This document shows positions 1-12,989 of a DNA stretch of 64,000 nt, piece by piece. The position numbers were made by a program, and so were the translations under genes. The first letter of the stretch is position 1. Every line of letters starts with the position of its first letter. Source of the DNA: Lepidodermella squamata (taxonomy: Eukaryota; Animalia; Gastrotricha); assembly GCA_047495785.1 (NCBI GenBank), contig JBLDXI010000009.1, positions 1,488,001 through 1,552,000 on the forward strand. The letters are read 5' to 3'. The notes below the pieces were generated by a model. It made no database searches, was not told where the DNA came from, and worked only from the letters and a program-made list of their open reading frames with translations.

Positions 1-534
1 TGTGTTTTGCATTCATCTTTATTGTTGTTTTACAGCTCCATATCTGCATCTGGCCGTTCTACTTTTTGTTGAATTTCTTCCCCTCAAGTAAAACTGTACA
101 CGTACCTAGTCATCAGTAATGGTGCGTAATACAAACACGCTGCCTGCTCAATGCGGAAACATTGCAATCTTATAGCGGAGTGACAAATCAGCCCGTGTCA
201 TATATGAAAGTTGTGAAATCGAGTTTTATATTGTTTTAGAAGATGTAAATATAGCCTTTTCTTGCTTGCCTTTTATATGAGAATTAATTTTTAGCTCTGA
301 TATTTGCTTGCCACCGGTGTTTCATCTGGTCAAAAAACTACTGAGCAATTTGTATCTGAAGTATATTGCCTCTGGTGCATTGTTGCATGTTTATTTCTAC
401 TTTTAATCTTTCAAACTGAAAAATTGCTCCATTTGAATTCCTGGTAAGCGATAAAACTACGTTTCAGATTCTTGGATCGATCGGATCTAATTTCTAGTTT
501 TACCCTCGATAGAATATTATTCTTTTGATAACGC

Positions 535-2233
535 ATGTCAAACGCTGGTGGTCAAATCGTTTTTCCTAATAATGTCGATGAATCGAAGCCTGCTAGTGAA
601 GATGGGGAATCTGAGGCTGAGCAGGTATCAGAGTCCAACGAGGCGATACCCCTGGTAACATCTCAAAAAAGGCGATATCCATCTGACGACGAAGCGCATC
701 ACAATACGTCTGGCAGTACCCATTCTAGTGGCTTCGGCCTTCCTCCGAACATGCCAATAGTGAGCTCAGCTTTCAAGCCCGCTGTTGCTCGTGCTACCGA
801 CGCCGTGAGTTTTTGATAATAGGGATCGAATATCCGCCACTTAGAGATGAAACGCTATTTTTCGACTGCAAACTTTGTTTGGGGTATTTTAGTTGACAGT
901 TTTTTGTATTCCCTACAGCCCATTGACACTGAGTTGTTGACTAACGAGGTCAGAATGATGTTGCGACAAAAGGGCATGCGCCAAACTGATCTCGCGCCGT
1001 TCATGGGCTGTCGACCAGGCAGCGTGGCCGGGGTTTTTGCGAAAGCTCATTTGCCTTGGTCTCAGTTGAATGACTTCAATCGAAACGCATTTACGGCGAT
1101 GGCTAGGTGGCTTGAAAATACTAAACTTGAGGTGGCTACACAAGCTGTTTACTCAGTTACCCAATCGTCAATTTCTCCATCGCCATCGCTGCATATACCT
1201 ATCGCTGTGCCTACCGAAACGGTGTCTACGTCGGGTCGCTCACCAGTTATCACCCCACCGGAGCCTCTGCTCCAACCATGGGCGGTTGCCAGCTACTCAA
1301 AGCATCCCGGTTATTTGTTGTTTCTAGAAAACTTGCATATTGCCCTTCCTAGTCGTGGGTTGGTCTTTCAAGGCGCGAACTTATCTCTCGCGCCTGGTAA
1401 AAGGTACGGTATTGTTGGGCCGAGTGAATGCGGCGCGTCAACGTTGATGAAATTCATCGCCGCCAAAGAAGATCTGAACATTCCAGCCGATTTCAGTATT
1501 GCCTATTGCGATCTTACCTCGACTAATGATGGCGGTGACGCTTGTGATGTGCCTGAAAATCAACGGGTAATTGACCATGTTCTACAACTTGAGAAGCGCT
1601 GGACGGCCTTAAAAGCAGAAGAATCGGTGATTGAACCTATGGTGCGTCGGGGTGATCGAGATGCATTTGCGAGACTACGCTTAATTTATGAACAACTTTG
1701 CTTCCTTGGTTCCGGGGTCGGTTTTATTTATCATGCATCGCTCATTTTAAGATCATTTTCATAGGCGGCCGAGGCAAAAGCTCGTCAACTGCTCACTGGA
1801 TTGGGCTTTTCGGTAGAGTCTCAAGAAGGGTTTATGAAAGATCTGAGCTTGCGTGGTCGAAAAGTCATCGGTTTGGCCCGTGCCTTGTTCGCCGAACCTG
1901 CGTTGTTGTTGATTGATAGACCGACGAATTTGTTAGACGTCGAATCTATCGCCTGGCTTGAAACGTATTTGAAAAGTGTGTCCTTTCTCATTAATTCTCG
2001 TTTTTCTATTCACCTTCTATTGATGCTGAAGATTGGCCCGGGTGTTTACTCATTGCTGCTCAAGATCGTTGTTTCATGGATGCCGTTTGTTCCGCAATAA
2101 TTTACGTCCACAGCCAAAAGCTTTTCTATTATCAAGGAAATTATTCTCGCTTTAAACAGGTAACGTTTTGAGCTGAAGGTCTTGACAGAATTTACGACTG
2201 CTTGTCTCTTTCCAGCAAATCTCTCAAAAATGA
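535..2233 (+). CDS. Chimeric protein: low-complexity N-terminus, divergent CUT domain, and a single degenerate ABC-F (ABCF1-like) nucleotide-binding domain; 5 exons
   Basis: Exons 535-804, 919-1716, 1765-1975, 2032-2159 and 2216-2233 join in frame via GT-AG introns. CUT-like IDT..L..Q..A..CRPGS..PWSQL..R..F..M..WLE. ABCF1-like GKRYGIVGP, AAEAKARQLLTGLGF, LARALFAEPALLLIDRPTNLLD, YYQGNYSRFK. AATAAA at 2291 and 2311. Confidence 0.75.
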
Positions 2234-2540
2234 CTCATTCCATGATAATCCTAGATGTCGGTATTATTTTGGGCGCCGGCGGACTTCGTGAATAAACCTA
2301 ATCTAAACGGAATAAAACCTATCAGGCAGTGATTTTCTTTATTTTTCACATTTTAAATATTTTTTCTCACATCCATACACCCACGCAATTAGGCAAAAAC
2401 AACATGAGCAGAGCAACCACTACACCACATATAGAACAGGAATGCTTCGGGGGCTGGGTTTTTTACGTCTTTCATTTTTTCGGCTAGTTATTTACAAAAC
2501 GCTTTATTTTTTACGCGTTAGACTTTTATTATTGATTGAG

Positions 2541-3636
2541 ATGTTTGTAAAACGGACGCTAGGTAACGTTCAACGCCGTTACCTCAGCAAGCGCGCGGCT
2601 TCCGTCCTTTCCGCGGATTTGCTGGGCAATTTCGAGGTGCAAAGCCAAAGCAAAGTTCACGCTCAACTGCGGCGATTCACCCCGTCTCATTTGCTGCCAG
2701 AACTTCACACGCCGAATATGTATGGCGGAGAAACGCTGGCTAACAGCTTATTAGCCGCGGCGAGAATCGTCGATCCAACCAAACGGCAACAACCATCTTC
2801 AATGACATTAGAGTTCTTGCGACCTGGAGCCTACGATAGCCCTATGGATTATTCTGTGACGAAAATGCACGAATCACATCGATTTATGCAGTCAAGTGTT
2901 TTTGTCAAGCAGAACGAACGAGCTTCGGCGCTCTCCAGTGTTTCCTTCCACTTCGAAGAACACGGCCCTGATAGTTTGTTGTTTGATCCGTCGTTTCCCG
3001 ATGACATACCGCCGCCATCTGTGATGCCGTTCACGGAATCTTGGGCTCAAGAACAGTGAGTGTTTACTTGATTTGATTAGAATTGAATTCGACATTTTCA
3101 CGCCTATTTTTATTGACACACTGTCCTAATATGTTTTCAGAGAATCACAACAATTCACACCTGCCTCGCACGTGCGTCTTTTTCTGGGCAAAATTCTCGG
3201 CCTTCAGGTGAAAGCTGTCGACCCTCATGCTTACCTTAGCTTGAATAAAAACCCGGTTACACGAAGTCGCTTCTGGGTTCGCGCCAACCCAGATGGAATT
3301 GAAGCATGCCTGCCATCACTCGGTAATTACTGGTCAGCCGCCTTGTTGGCTTACATGTCAGACTTCTGCCTTCTCGGCCCGGCCGTTACTGCCAGACCCG
3401 GTTTTAGAATTGGTAAAATGGTGTCGCTGAACCATGGCATGTGGTTTATGGCTCACCGATCAATGGCTCGCCCGACAGAGTGGGTCCTCATGGACTTGCG
3501 ACTGGTTCATTCAGGCAACAACGTATGCCTTTGTGAGTCGCTGATTTGGTCGGAGGAGAATCGACAACTTTTAGCGGTTTGCAAGCAACAAGGCTTGATC
3601 CGGCCGCAGAAGAAAACAACCAAACACGATTCTTAG
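2541..3636 (+). CDS. Acyl-CoA thioesterase II (TesB/ACOT8-like double hotdog), copy A; possible mitochondrial presequence
   Basis: YGGE..A..L.AA, FLRPG, LLAYMSDF, SLNHGMWF and QQGLIR motifs; intron 3056-3140; Arg/Ser-rich, acid-free N-terminus MFVKRTLGNVQRRYLSKRAAS. Confidence 0.8.
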
Positions 3637-3778
3637 TAGTATTTTCCTATTTATATCTTTATATAGAGATTTTCTGCTTAGATCGAACCGCTAACCGGTT
3701 AATATGAATTGTTATTGCAGAAATTGATAAAATTCTTCAAAAATTAACCGGCTGATTGTTTATACCTAGAGAGTTATA

Positions 3779-4846
3779 ATGAGTGAAAATGATGGGAAAA
3801 CGTCACTCATTGGCTTGAGGGCTCTCGGAAACTTCAAAGTTCAGTCAGACGAAGGAAATGTTGCTTTGCTATCGTAAGCTCAAAATTGTTTAATATTTTT
3901 GAAGTTTTATGTTTGAAATTTTCAGCCATGATCCGATTCAGTCGGATGGATTACCTCTGCCCTGGCAATATGGCGGTGATATAGCTGCTAATGTGATTCT
4001 GGCGGCAGCGACTCGGTTGCCAAAAGATTCGAAACTAAGCCCAATGTCGGTTCACATCGAGTACGTGAGCCCGGGTGATGTTACGAAAGTGCGTAATTAC
4101 CACGTTGAGCGTCTCCGCCAGTCTGACCGGTTCATGCACACCCTGGTGAAAATTCAACAGAAAGAGTGCGTCGCGATTGGCAATGTGACGTTCCACTCGA
4201 ATGAGCATACTGCGAATAGTCTTTCGTACATGCCTGAATTTCCCGCCGATTGCCCGCCGCCTCGTGATCTACAAGATCACTGGGAGTTATTGAAGAGCCT
4301 GCAAGATCACCACGATGAGGAGCATTTGAGTGAAGCGAATCGAATGGTTACGATTTCCCACGGGCTGGGTCTTACTGCGAGACCGGCTGTTCCTGAAAAG
4401 TATTTCCGCCTTGATCATGAATCTACGACTAGACTGACGTTTTGGCTGCAATACAGAGATAGCGGTAAGAATGCCGAATTTCGAAAACTCGTCTTTTTAA
4501 GGAGGATTTTTTATTAGAAATTGCGAAAATGTTTCCTGATATCGAATCAACGACTTGGTCAGCCGCCTTACTTGCCTATGCCTCAGATTTCCGCATAATG
4601 AGCCCAGCTATGCGACAGAGCCCAACTTATCAGTTGGGTCGTGTTGCTACGATGTCCCACTATTTGTGGTTCGCCCCCGATGCGAGTGTGCAGTTGAAAA
4701 GCCCGACCGAATGGTTCCTCTACGATGTTCGTGTTATCATGTCGGGGAATAATACTGTGCTGTGCGAAGGAAATCTCTGGAATGAGAACAAACAATTACT
4801 AGCCTGTGCGAAGCAGCAAGGACTTGCGCGCCCTAAGAACAAATAG
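3779..4846 (+). CDS. TesB/ACOT8-like thioesterase, copy B
   Basis: YGGDIAA, EYVSPG, LLAYASDF, TMSHYLWF, QQGLAR; introns 3874-3925 and 4465-4517. Confidence 0.8.
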
Positions 4847-5157
4847 CTGACGGGCAAAACGTTGAATTTATTTGTGCAAATTGTTTTAATCTATGTTAGA
4901 CCTACTGCCAACATTTATTGATCGACTCGGTGTCTTATAGAACTTTCAAATTATATCAAGATGTTTTGCGTTTATTTGTTCGAAAAAATAGACATTAATA
5001 TTTTAAATTTTTGTCTAGGCTCAGTTTTTATACATCAAAACTGGCTATTTTACGGATTTTCGCTCAATCGCGTTGTCTAGTCGTCGGGAATATCTCTAGA
5101 CGACTGTTGGCTACTGATAGCGGAAATCAGGAGAAGTTTCGATACGATGTTGGAAAA

Positions 5158-6216
5158 ATGGACTCATTGGTTGGAAATCGAATTTTAGGAAATTTCAAAG
5201 TCCATCACGAGAAGGAGCATTCCGCAATTTTGACTCAAGAAGTTACGCATGCCACACTGCCGTTACCCTTTCAATATGGAGGCGACATTGCCGCCAATAT
5301 TTTACTTGCCGCTGCGAGTCGTTTGCCTAATTCGACGAGCCAGCGTCCGATGTCTGTGAACATTGAATATATCAGCCCAGGAGACTATGCTGAGGAGCGC
5401 CATTACCGGGTGAAAAATTTGCGTCAATCCGGCCGGTTTATTCACTCGTCGGTGAAATTGAAGCAAAAAGATCGACTTGTTGCTATTGGAAATGTCCAAT
5501 TTCATGCACACGAACATCACGCTGGCTCTTTGCATTACGAGCCACCGTATCCTAAGGATTGCCCACTGCCTAATCAACTCCAGGATGACGATGCATTGCT
5601 GGACAAATTCGAGAATGAGTAATTTTTCCAGTTATTTCTTTCTTAAAGTTTCTCATTTCACTGCTTTCAAGTCCGAAAATTGACAGCAATTCGTTGAATT
5701 ACGCTCGGAAAACTGTTTTGATGCTTCGCGGTTTGGGCCAAATTGGTCGGCCATGCGATCCGGTTAATTACTTCCGCCTTAATAAGGAACCAAAAACGCG
5801 TCTGTCGTTCTGGATGCGATACCGCGAGTCCGGTTTGTGCCTCTTTGTGACGATTTTCATTTTTTATTGTCAATATTTTAGAAATTGAAAAGTTTTTCCC
5901 TGATATCCAGCACACGAATTGGTCTGCTGCCATGCTTGCTTTTCTGTCGGATTATCGCATCATGGGCGTTGCGCTGCGGCAAAACCCGTCATTCCGTGAC
6001 GGAAAAATGACGACACTGTCGCATTCGATGTGGTTTTCGCCCAATCATAATCACGAAATGAAGTCACCGGGCGACTGGGTTCTCTACGACACTGAATTAC
6101 TGATATCTGGCAACAACACCTGCTTGACCCAGGGCCATATGTGGAACGACAAGAAACAGTTGCTTTGTGTCACCAAACAGCTCGGGCTTGTTAGACCCAA
6201 ACAAGCCAAACTTTAA
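5158..6216 (+). CDS. TesB/ACOT8-like thioesterase, copy C, ending in PTS1-like AKL; may have an N-terminal extension starting at 4961
   Basis: YGGDIAA, EYISPG, LAFLSDY, TLSHSMWF, QLGLVRPKQAKL-stop; two short introns near 5620-5690 and 5833-5881. Confidence 0.8.
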
Positions 6217-6422
6217 ATAGCACTGACTGTTTTGTGTTAAATTATGCTCGTTCTATTATAATAGTTTATAGCACTTATTTAAACTTGTTTCATGGGCCGT
6301 TCCCGGAAATATTATGTTTGGTAAAAAAATAATAATTAAATGTAGCAAACACAAGGGCTGTTTTTTTTTATCATTTCTTACTACTTGCATAGCGCTTTAA
6401 TATTTGAGATTTATTTTATAAG

Positions 6423-7662
6423 ATGGCCAGCGTTGTTCGTCTTCCTAGCTTCATGTCTACCTGCAAATCTCTGATAAAGTGTAATCTCTTTGGTGGTTTC
6501 TCCACTATTCAAGCCAGCGACACTGCTGTCACCCTAGAGTCAGTCTCTCGCTGTGAATAGCCACTTCATAGTTTCTTATACTGCATTGTGTTCAGAGTAC
6601 CTCCCCTCAAAGACGACCAATTTTTTTCTCCGCGTCCCGTGGTCTATGGCGGCGCTATCACCACCAACATGCTTCTTGCAGCTAATAAGTTGGCTGGTCC
6701 TGACCATCTTGCCATGTCGATTAATGTCGATTATCTATCCAGCGGTAAAATTTGAAATCGTTTCGCATTATTCTTATTAATTCCTATCAGCTGTTTACGA
6801 TAAACCGCAACTTTTCACGGCTAATTTACTGCGTAAATCCGGCAGTTTTACGCATGTAGCTGTTGCGCTTGAACAAGACGAGAAGACAGTTGCTGTAGGA
6901 CGCGTAATATCTCTAAAATCGTTCATTTTTCGCCGTATTATATGTTCGAAATGAAGGTCACCTTCCACGCGTGGGAAGATAACGCTAAGCGCGTAAAGCA
7001 TATTTACGACTATCCGGACAATATTCCGTCAAGAGATAAGCTAGCCGATGACGTAACGCGTATGGTTCCTCTTATCGAGAGTCGAGCAACGGAAACTGAA
7101 AGAAAGTCAGTATTTTTGGCATCGAAAACTGTTGACACTTGGCATGATTCAGGTTTCTTTTCGCGTTTTGGACTAACTTACTGGTGTCTTGTGGCTTCGA
7201 ATGCCGCCCGATTGAGCAAGAGTGGCCGGAAACACCTACTGCCAAGTCTCAAAAGCTATCGTATTGGATTCGCTTTGTTGATAAAGGTTCATAATGAAGC
7301 CTTTTGATTGCTTTGAATAACTTCTGCTTATCCTAGAAATCGACGATCTGAAGCCTAAACTTGGCTACCATTTTTCTCCCGCTGTTCTCAGTTGGTTATC
7401 TGATCTATTTCTCATGAACTCAATGGTTCGTCAGGAGCCGCATTACGGCGCGCGGACCAACTTCGGATCTCTTGGTCACTTCGTCTGGTTTACCCATTGC
7501 CCAAGTAATATCGTTAAACCTAGCGAGGAGTGGTTTCTGTACGAAACCGAAGTAACCTTAACCGGAAATAACGTTGCGTTGTGCGAAGGTCGCATCTGGT
7601 CTGAAACTAAAAAGCTGCTTGCTCTTAGTAAGCAGCACTCGGTTGTGCGCCCTCGTCGCTGA
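6423..7662 (+). CDS. TesB/ACOT8-like thioesterase, copy D (more divergent, about 6 exons)
   Basis: VYGGAI, VDYLSS, LSWLSDL, SLGHFVWF, EWFLYETE, GNNVALCEGRIWSE; exon boundaries inferred by comparison with the paralogs. Confidence 0.7.
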
Positions 7663-7730
7663 TAGTTTTCGCTCAATCTTTTTTCTGCATGGAAATTCTT
7701 TTTTTTCTTCAAATTTTAGACTAATTAAAA

Positions 7731-8873
7731 ATGTCGAATCGCAAGCGTAGTGATAGGAAAGAATTTAGCGGGTCTTTGTTGCAGACCAAAATCTTGGGAA
7801 ATTTTTCGGAAAAGAAAAAATCAGATGACGGAAAATTAACGATACTCGAGTAAGTTTAGAAATCATCTAGCTCAATTTTAGGGCAAAAGGATAATTTTCC
7901 CTAATTAGAATCGGCGCGATAGACTGGATGCCGAATATGCGGAGAATGTTTGGCGGCAGTATTGCTGGTAATATGCTGCTAGCGGGCTCTCGATTGGCAA
8001 AATCTAGTCAACATCCTCTGACCCTCCAAGTCGACTACCTCGTTGCAGGTAAAACATTGTCTTTTTTTATCATCTGAAGTAAATATTTCTTGTTTTATAG
8101 GTGATTATTCGAAAATTCAGACTTACGAAGTTAGCTGTCTTAGGTCCACGGATCGATTTACCCATACCTCGATTTTGCTGCGGCAAAACAACGAAATAGT
8201 TGCTGCTGGAAAGGCGTCATTTCACGTGCAAGAAGACGTGACCGTCAACTCGGTCTATGTCCCGAAGTTCCCCCGAACTGTTCCGATGCCTCGTGAACTG
8301 ACGCATAACATCCAGATTTGGAATGGCCATATGGACAAATCTGCGAGTCAAGATCGAATGATGACAGATCGCATGTATGAATTCTGGTGCTTCGCCACTC
8401 GGGCTTACGGCTTTCAGTCTCGTCTTGCTTCAACTCGCTTCAACAAGAACGCGACTACAATTTGTCACTGGGTTCGATTTACGGATAACGGTAATATTCT
8501 TCCTCGAATTTCAGCGATCGAAATATATTTTTGCTGAATTTTAGAAATTTACGATTTGAAGGAAAAGTTCGGAGTTCATTGGCTAGCTGCTTTGCTGTCA
8601 TGGGCTGCTGATTTTCACGCGATGCTCACAATTATTTGTCAAATGCCTGATTACGGCGCTAATAGTTTGTCATGTTCGTTGTCGCATACGTTGTGGTTTT
8701 CTTACGATCTCGAGGAAAAGTTGCGCCGGCCGACCGAGCAGTGGTTCCTTCATGAAACCGTCATTTTGATGGCTGAGAATAATGTTGGCGTGTGTCTAGG
8801 TCGTCTCTGGAGTGAAGACAAAAAACTTCTGGCGGTTGTGCAGCATCACGGTCTAACTAGACCTAAATTATGA
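7731..8873 (+). CDS. TesB/ACOT8-like thioesterase, copy E, ending in PKL
   Basis: ILGNF, MFGGSIAG, VDYLVAG, LSWAADF, SLSHTLWF, GRLWSEDKKLLA; three short introns. Confidence 0.75.
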
Positions 8874-9029
8874 GTTAATTTAGTCATCTTTCAATTGATT
8901 TCTTATTCGATTTCGTTGTGTTTTTCGGGTCTCGTGCTTTCCATTATATTCAAGTCTGTGCCGGCTATTTTAATCGATCAATGTGTAACGAAATTCATCC
9001 GTTGTCCGATTTCTTAGTAATTTAATGCA

Positions 9030-12000
9030 ATGAAATTATTTAAACCTGGTTGGATTCATCTGGATGGAAGGCAGATTTTTTCTATCGATATCGAGCCGCG
9101 CGGCAAGTACCTGGCCATTGGTGGTCAGGGTGAAAAATGCGGCCAGATTGTCGTGTACAACTTTGAACAGTTCGCAAAATACATTCCAAATGCAAATCTA
9201 AGCGCCCTCGGCGATGAAGAGCTGCTGCCGAAGAAGCTTTTCGAGTTGAATAATCACTACGCTTGCGTGAATTGTGTTCGATGGTCACCCGATGGTCGTT
9301 ACTTGGCTAGTGGCAGTGACGATAGGCTTGTAATGATCTGGCAGCTGGGCTGTTCGGCCGCGTCTCAAAGCAACGGCTCCATGCGTCGTTATCCGGACCA
9401 TGCTCGCTGTATTGTCATGCTACGAGAACATACAGGAGGTAATTCGATTCTCCATTTTTTAATCTGATTTTTTAAATCCTATGTTTAGATGTTCTTGACT
9501 TGACTTGGAATCATGACAGTACCATGTTGGCATCTTGCAGCATTGATAACTCTATTATCGTTTGGGACGCAACGAAATTCGCCCAGCAACAAGCCGTTAA
9601 GCTTGCCTTGTTGAAAAAGCACTCCGGGCTGGTGAAAGGCGTCAGTTTTGACCCGGCTGGAGCTTACCTGGCTTCACAGGCCGATGACAAAAGCCTTATC
9701 GTTTGGAGGACATCCGACTGGTCGGTTGAAACCAAGATCACTGAACCTTTCAAAGAGGTAAGACCTTTCTCGTAAAACAATCAGATCCATTTTAAAATTC
9801 TGGTTTTAGTGCTCTGGAAGTACTCATGTTCTCAGGCTCAACTGGTCTCCTGATGGCCAGACGTTGGTTACAGCTCACGCCATGAATTCCGGCGGTCCTA
9901 CAGCTCAATTAGTTAACCGAGGACCACCATGGTCTACGAATATGGACCTTGCCGGTCATCGTAGCGCCGTTACTTGCACGCGTTTCTTACCCAGGCAACT
10001 AGTCAAACCTGCCGAACCGCCTCTTCAGCAAAATCAAAATGGTGCCAGTACCGATCATGAGAAACATTCCGAGCCCTATTGCGCTTTGGCGGTAGCGAGT
10101 CGGGATAGGTCGGTCAGCATTTGGCTGACCTATTTACGCCGACCTCGAATGGTGCTGTCTGATGTTTTTTCAGACTCGGTTCTTGATCTCGCGTGGTTTC
10201 AACACTGCCTCTTCGCCTGTTCAGTCGACGGGTCGGTTACGTGTTGCGTTTTCAGCGAAAATGAAATTGGTAAACTCGTGAGTGAAAGTCAAACCGTTGC
10301 GAAAATGAAGTCAATGTGCTCGGAGAAGGACCATAAAAGACCCGAAAAAGTTATCATTCACTCCGCCGCCTTGCTAGCCGAACGCAAGAAACAGGCGGAG
10401 AAGGACGTGAAACAGCAAAAACCAGCTGCTCCTAGCCAACCGGAACAAAAGCCGAGCGTTAATGGTGCGACTGTTGACCAATCGAAGGAAGCTAATAAGC
10501 CGAATACTGACGAACAGCAGAAGAAGATGAGTAGTCCTTCAGCCGCGCCGTGTTCTTTGCATCGACCTTCCATGCTAACCTCGAATTCGCAGTCGCCTTT
10601 CCCAACAGCTGCTGCTTTCCCAGTTGCGACGGTTTGCAGTTCGCCCCAGCCATCTCAACCGACCAAACAAACTGAGATGAAATTGGCGAATGGCAAGCGC
10701 CGCATCACTCCGATGGTCATACCTGTCGAACCTCTGTAAGCCTGGAGAACTAATTTTTTTAAGGAGGGATTTTCAAATTATTTTCTGTTTGTTTAGAAGC
10801 CCTAATGGATTCTCGTTATTTGACACCGCATCGACCGCATCTGATATTTTTGCTAAACCTCAACCGATTCAACCTCCGGCTGTAACCCCCAACGCTCAAA
10901 ACGCACCGGCGCCAATGGCAGTTGATCAAGTCAGTCGATTATCCATGTATTTCAGCCGTATTTAAAATTGTAAATTGTAGGCTAAACCATCCACTCCTGC
11001 ACCTACTGCACCCCAGTCTGAAGGTACGGCTGCGCAGGCTACTGCCTCCAAGGAAGCCAATTCTGGAGATGTGGTTAAAGTGACTGCGGCGAAATTTGTT
11101 GGAGCGAAGCCTGATGCGGAAGAGCTGAAACCGAAGCCCTCAACTGGAACAAAAAGACCGCTGGTTTCATCGCTTAAGAAAAAACCCGGCAGACCACCTC
11201 AGTCTATAAAACCTGGCAAGAGAGCTAACAGAATCGATGTAAGTTTTTTTGGGAAGAAACCATGTTTTATAGGCCTGTGTTACTATTTTAGAGTAGCAGC
11301 AGTGAAGAAGAAGTGACCTCTGGGGAGGAAGTTGAAGAACCACCTCAACGAGAAGCTCCGACCTCCGCAGCTCCAGTCGCGCACCAGGGCCAATTTGTTG
11401 TAACATCGATCATCCCATCAGCGAAATTGCCATCAAATGGCAAAAATTCGAAAACAGTACCGTTACTAGCGTCTTCCGTTGTCCAGGGTGAGGCGAAGAA
11501 CTTTGTCGTGAGTGTTGCACCCATGGAAGATCAGAGCGGCATGTGGGTCCTGGACGGCTCTATCGTGACCGCGAATGCTCCATCGACCTCAGCGCAAAAA
11601 CAGTGGATCCAGGTGATACCGTCGCAGTGCATTGCATTCTCAGCCTCGAGGTATGAGTTTAAAGGTTTTTTCGACAGTTTTTTCATTGCGGCTGTTTTTT
11701 TGACCTAGGAACATTGTCGCAGTTGCTGATAACTGCAGCCGAGTATCGATTTTCGCGCTAAAAACCGGCGCTCGCTTAGCTGGGCCTTACTCGTTGGCCT
11801 CAAATATTGCCTTTCTCGAGGTTAAAGAATGGCAATGCCTTGCTGTGCTAACATGTGGTGCCCTGCGCCTTTGGGACGTCAAGCCCCCGGCTTCGCCGGT
11901 GTGTCTCACGTCGGCCAGCTCGCTGCCGGTTTTGCGTGAGAACGAACGCTTTCGCAGATGTTTTATCTCGGAGTGCGGGGCACCAGCCATCGTAACATCT

Positions 12001-12633
12001 CTCAATCGATCTTGCTTGTATTCAAACTCGCAGCAGGCTTGGTTTGTGCCAGTTCTGCTTTTTACTCTCGCTAGTTCTACTTTTTTCATTCTAGGATTGA
12101 GCTATCAGAATCTCTCAGCCAAAGTCTGAAAAATGACACAGAAACATCGATTTCAAACGCGATTGCAGCCGCTAAAGTTGCAACAGCTAGTCTATCGTCA
12201 AAAGCGATGGCCAATGCTGACATTCATCGATCCGCCTTAAAAGACGCCTTAGCCCGGAATGTTGTTCTAGCAATGGAGACGCAAATTGTTGACGACTATC
12301 TAGCTGCTGTAATGGCTTATTTCCGGTTTTTGGTGCGAGAAGAAAGCGGCAGTGCATCAACGTTGAGCTTCGAGCCGGAAATTCGCGAATTATTCGGGTA
12401 TTTACTTTGCGCCAACGTGCCAACAGCGGCTGGGAAATTGTTCTTACCGGTTAGTGGTTTTAGCCCAAGTGTGACAAATCGATTATTTTTTTCGATGCAT
12501 TTAGGCTCAAGTGCGGTCAAACCTTTTGAGAGATCTTCTCGCTTGCCTCGCCGTGAATTTACGCTATCAACAGTTATTTGTAGAGATAGAATCGCAAATT
12601 GAGGCTCAATCGATTACCTCTATGGAGCTCTAG
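9030..12633 (+). CDS. HIRA: Histone H3.3 chaperone HIRA (multi-exon)
   Basis: MKLFKPGWIH start; WD40 repeats (CVNCVRWSPDGRYLASGSDD, HSGLVKGVSFDPAGAYLASQADDKSL, AHAMNSGGPTAQ); B-domain TEMKLANGKRRITPM; final exon 12505-12633 encodes LLRDLLACLAVNLRYQQLF. Confidence 0.95.
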
Positions 12634-12989
12634 TGAACAATAGACTCGTTTTCTACTTTTAAACCTTTTGACAAGCAAAAAAATATCGACGGCCAAAACT
12701 GGTGTTGTTATTGTAGTAGTTGCGGCTTAAAAAGCAAGTTTGTACTTCGCAATATAGAGTCTTTCGACATTCTTATTCTGGAAAATAGCACTACTCCACG
12801 TCTCTCTCTCTCTTGCTGTTGCCGTGGCAGCAGACAACAACTTTTCCATTTGTTTTTTTTTGCCCTTGGGAGGCGAATTTTTTGGCTTATTAAATATACG
12901 GTTTTTTACATTGAACAGTTATTCATCTGAATTGCGTGTCTTGCTTGTAGGTTTTTTTATTATTACTCGTAGTTTTAATAATTTTAATC

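Noticed and set aside
11173-11199. AT-hook-like KKKPGRPP in HIRA as a novelty
   Set aside because: A similar basic GRP motif occurs in other animal HIRA proteins.
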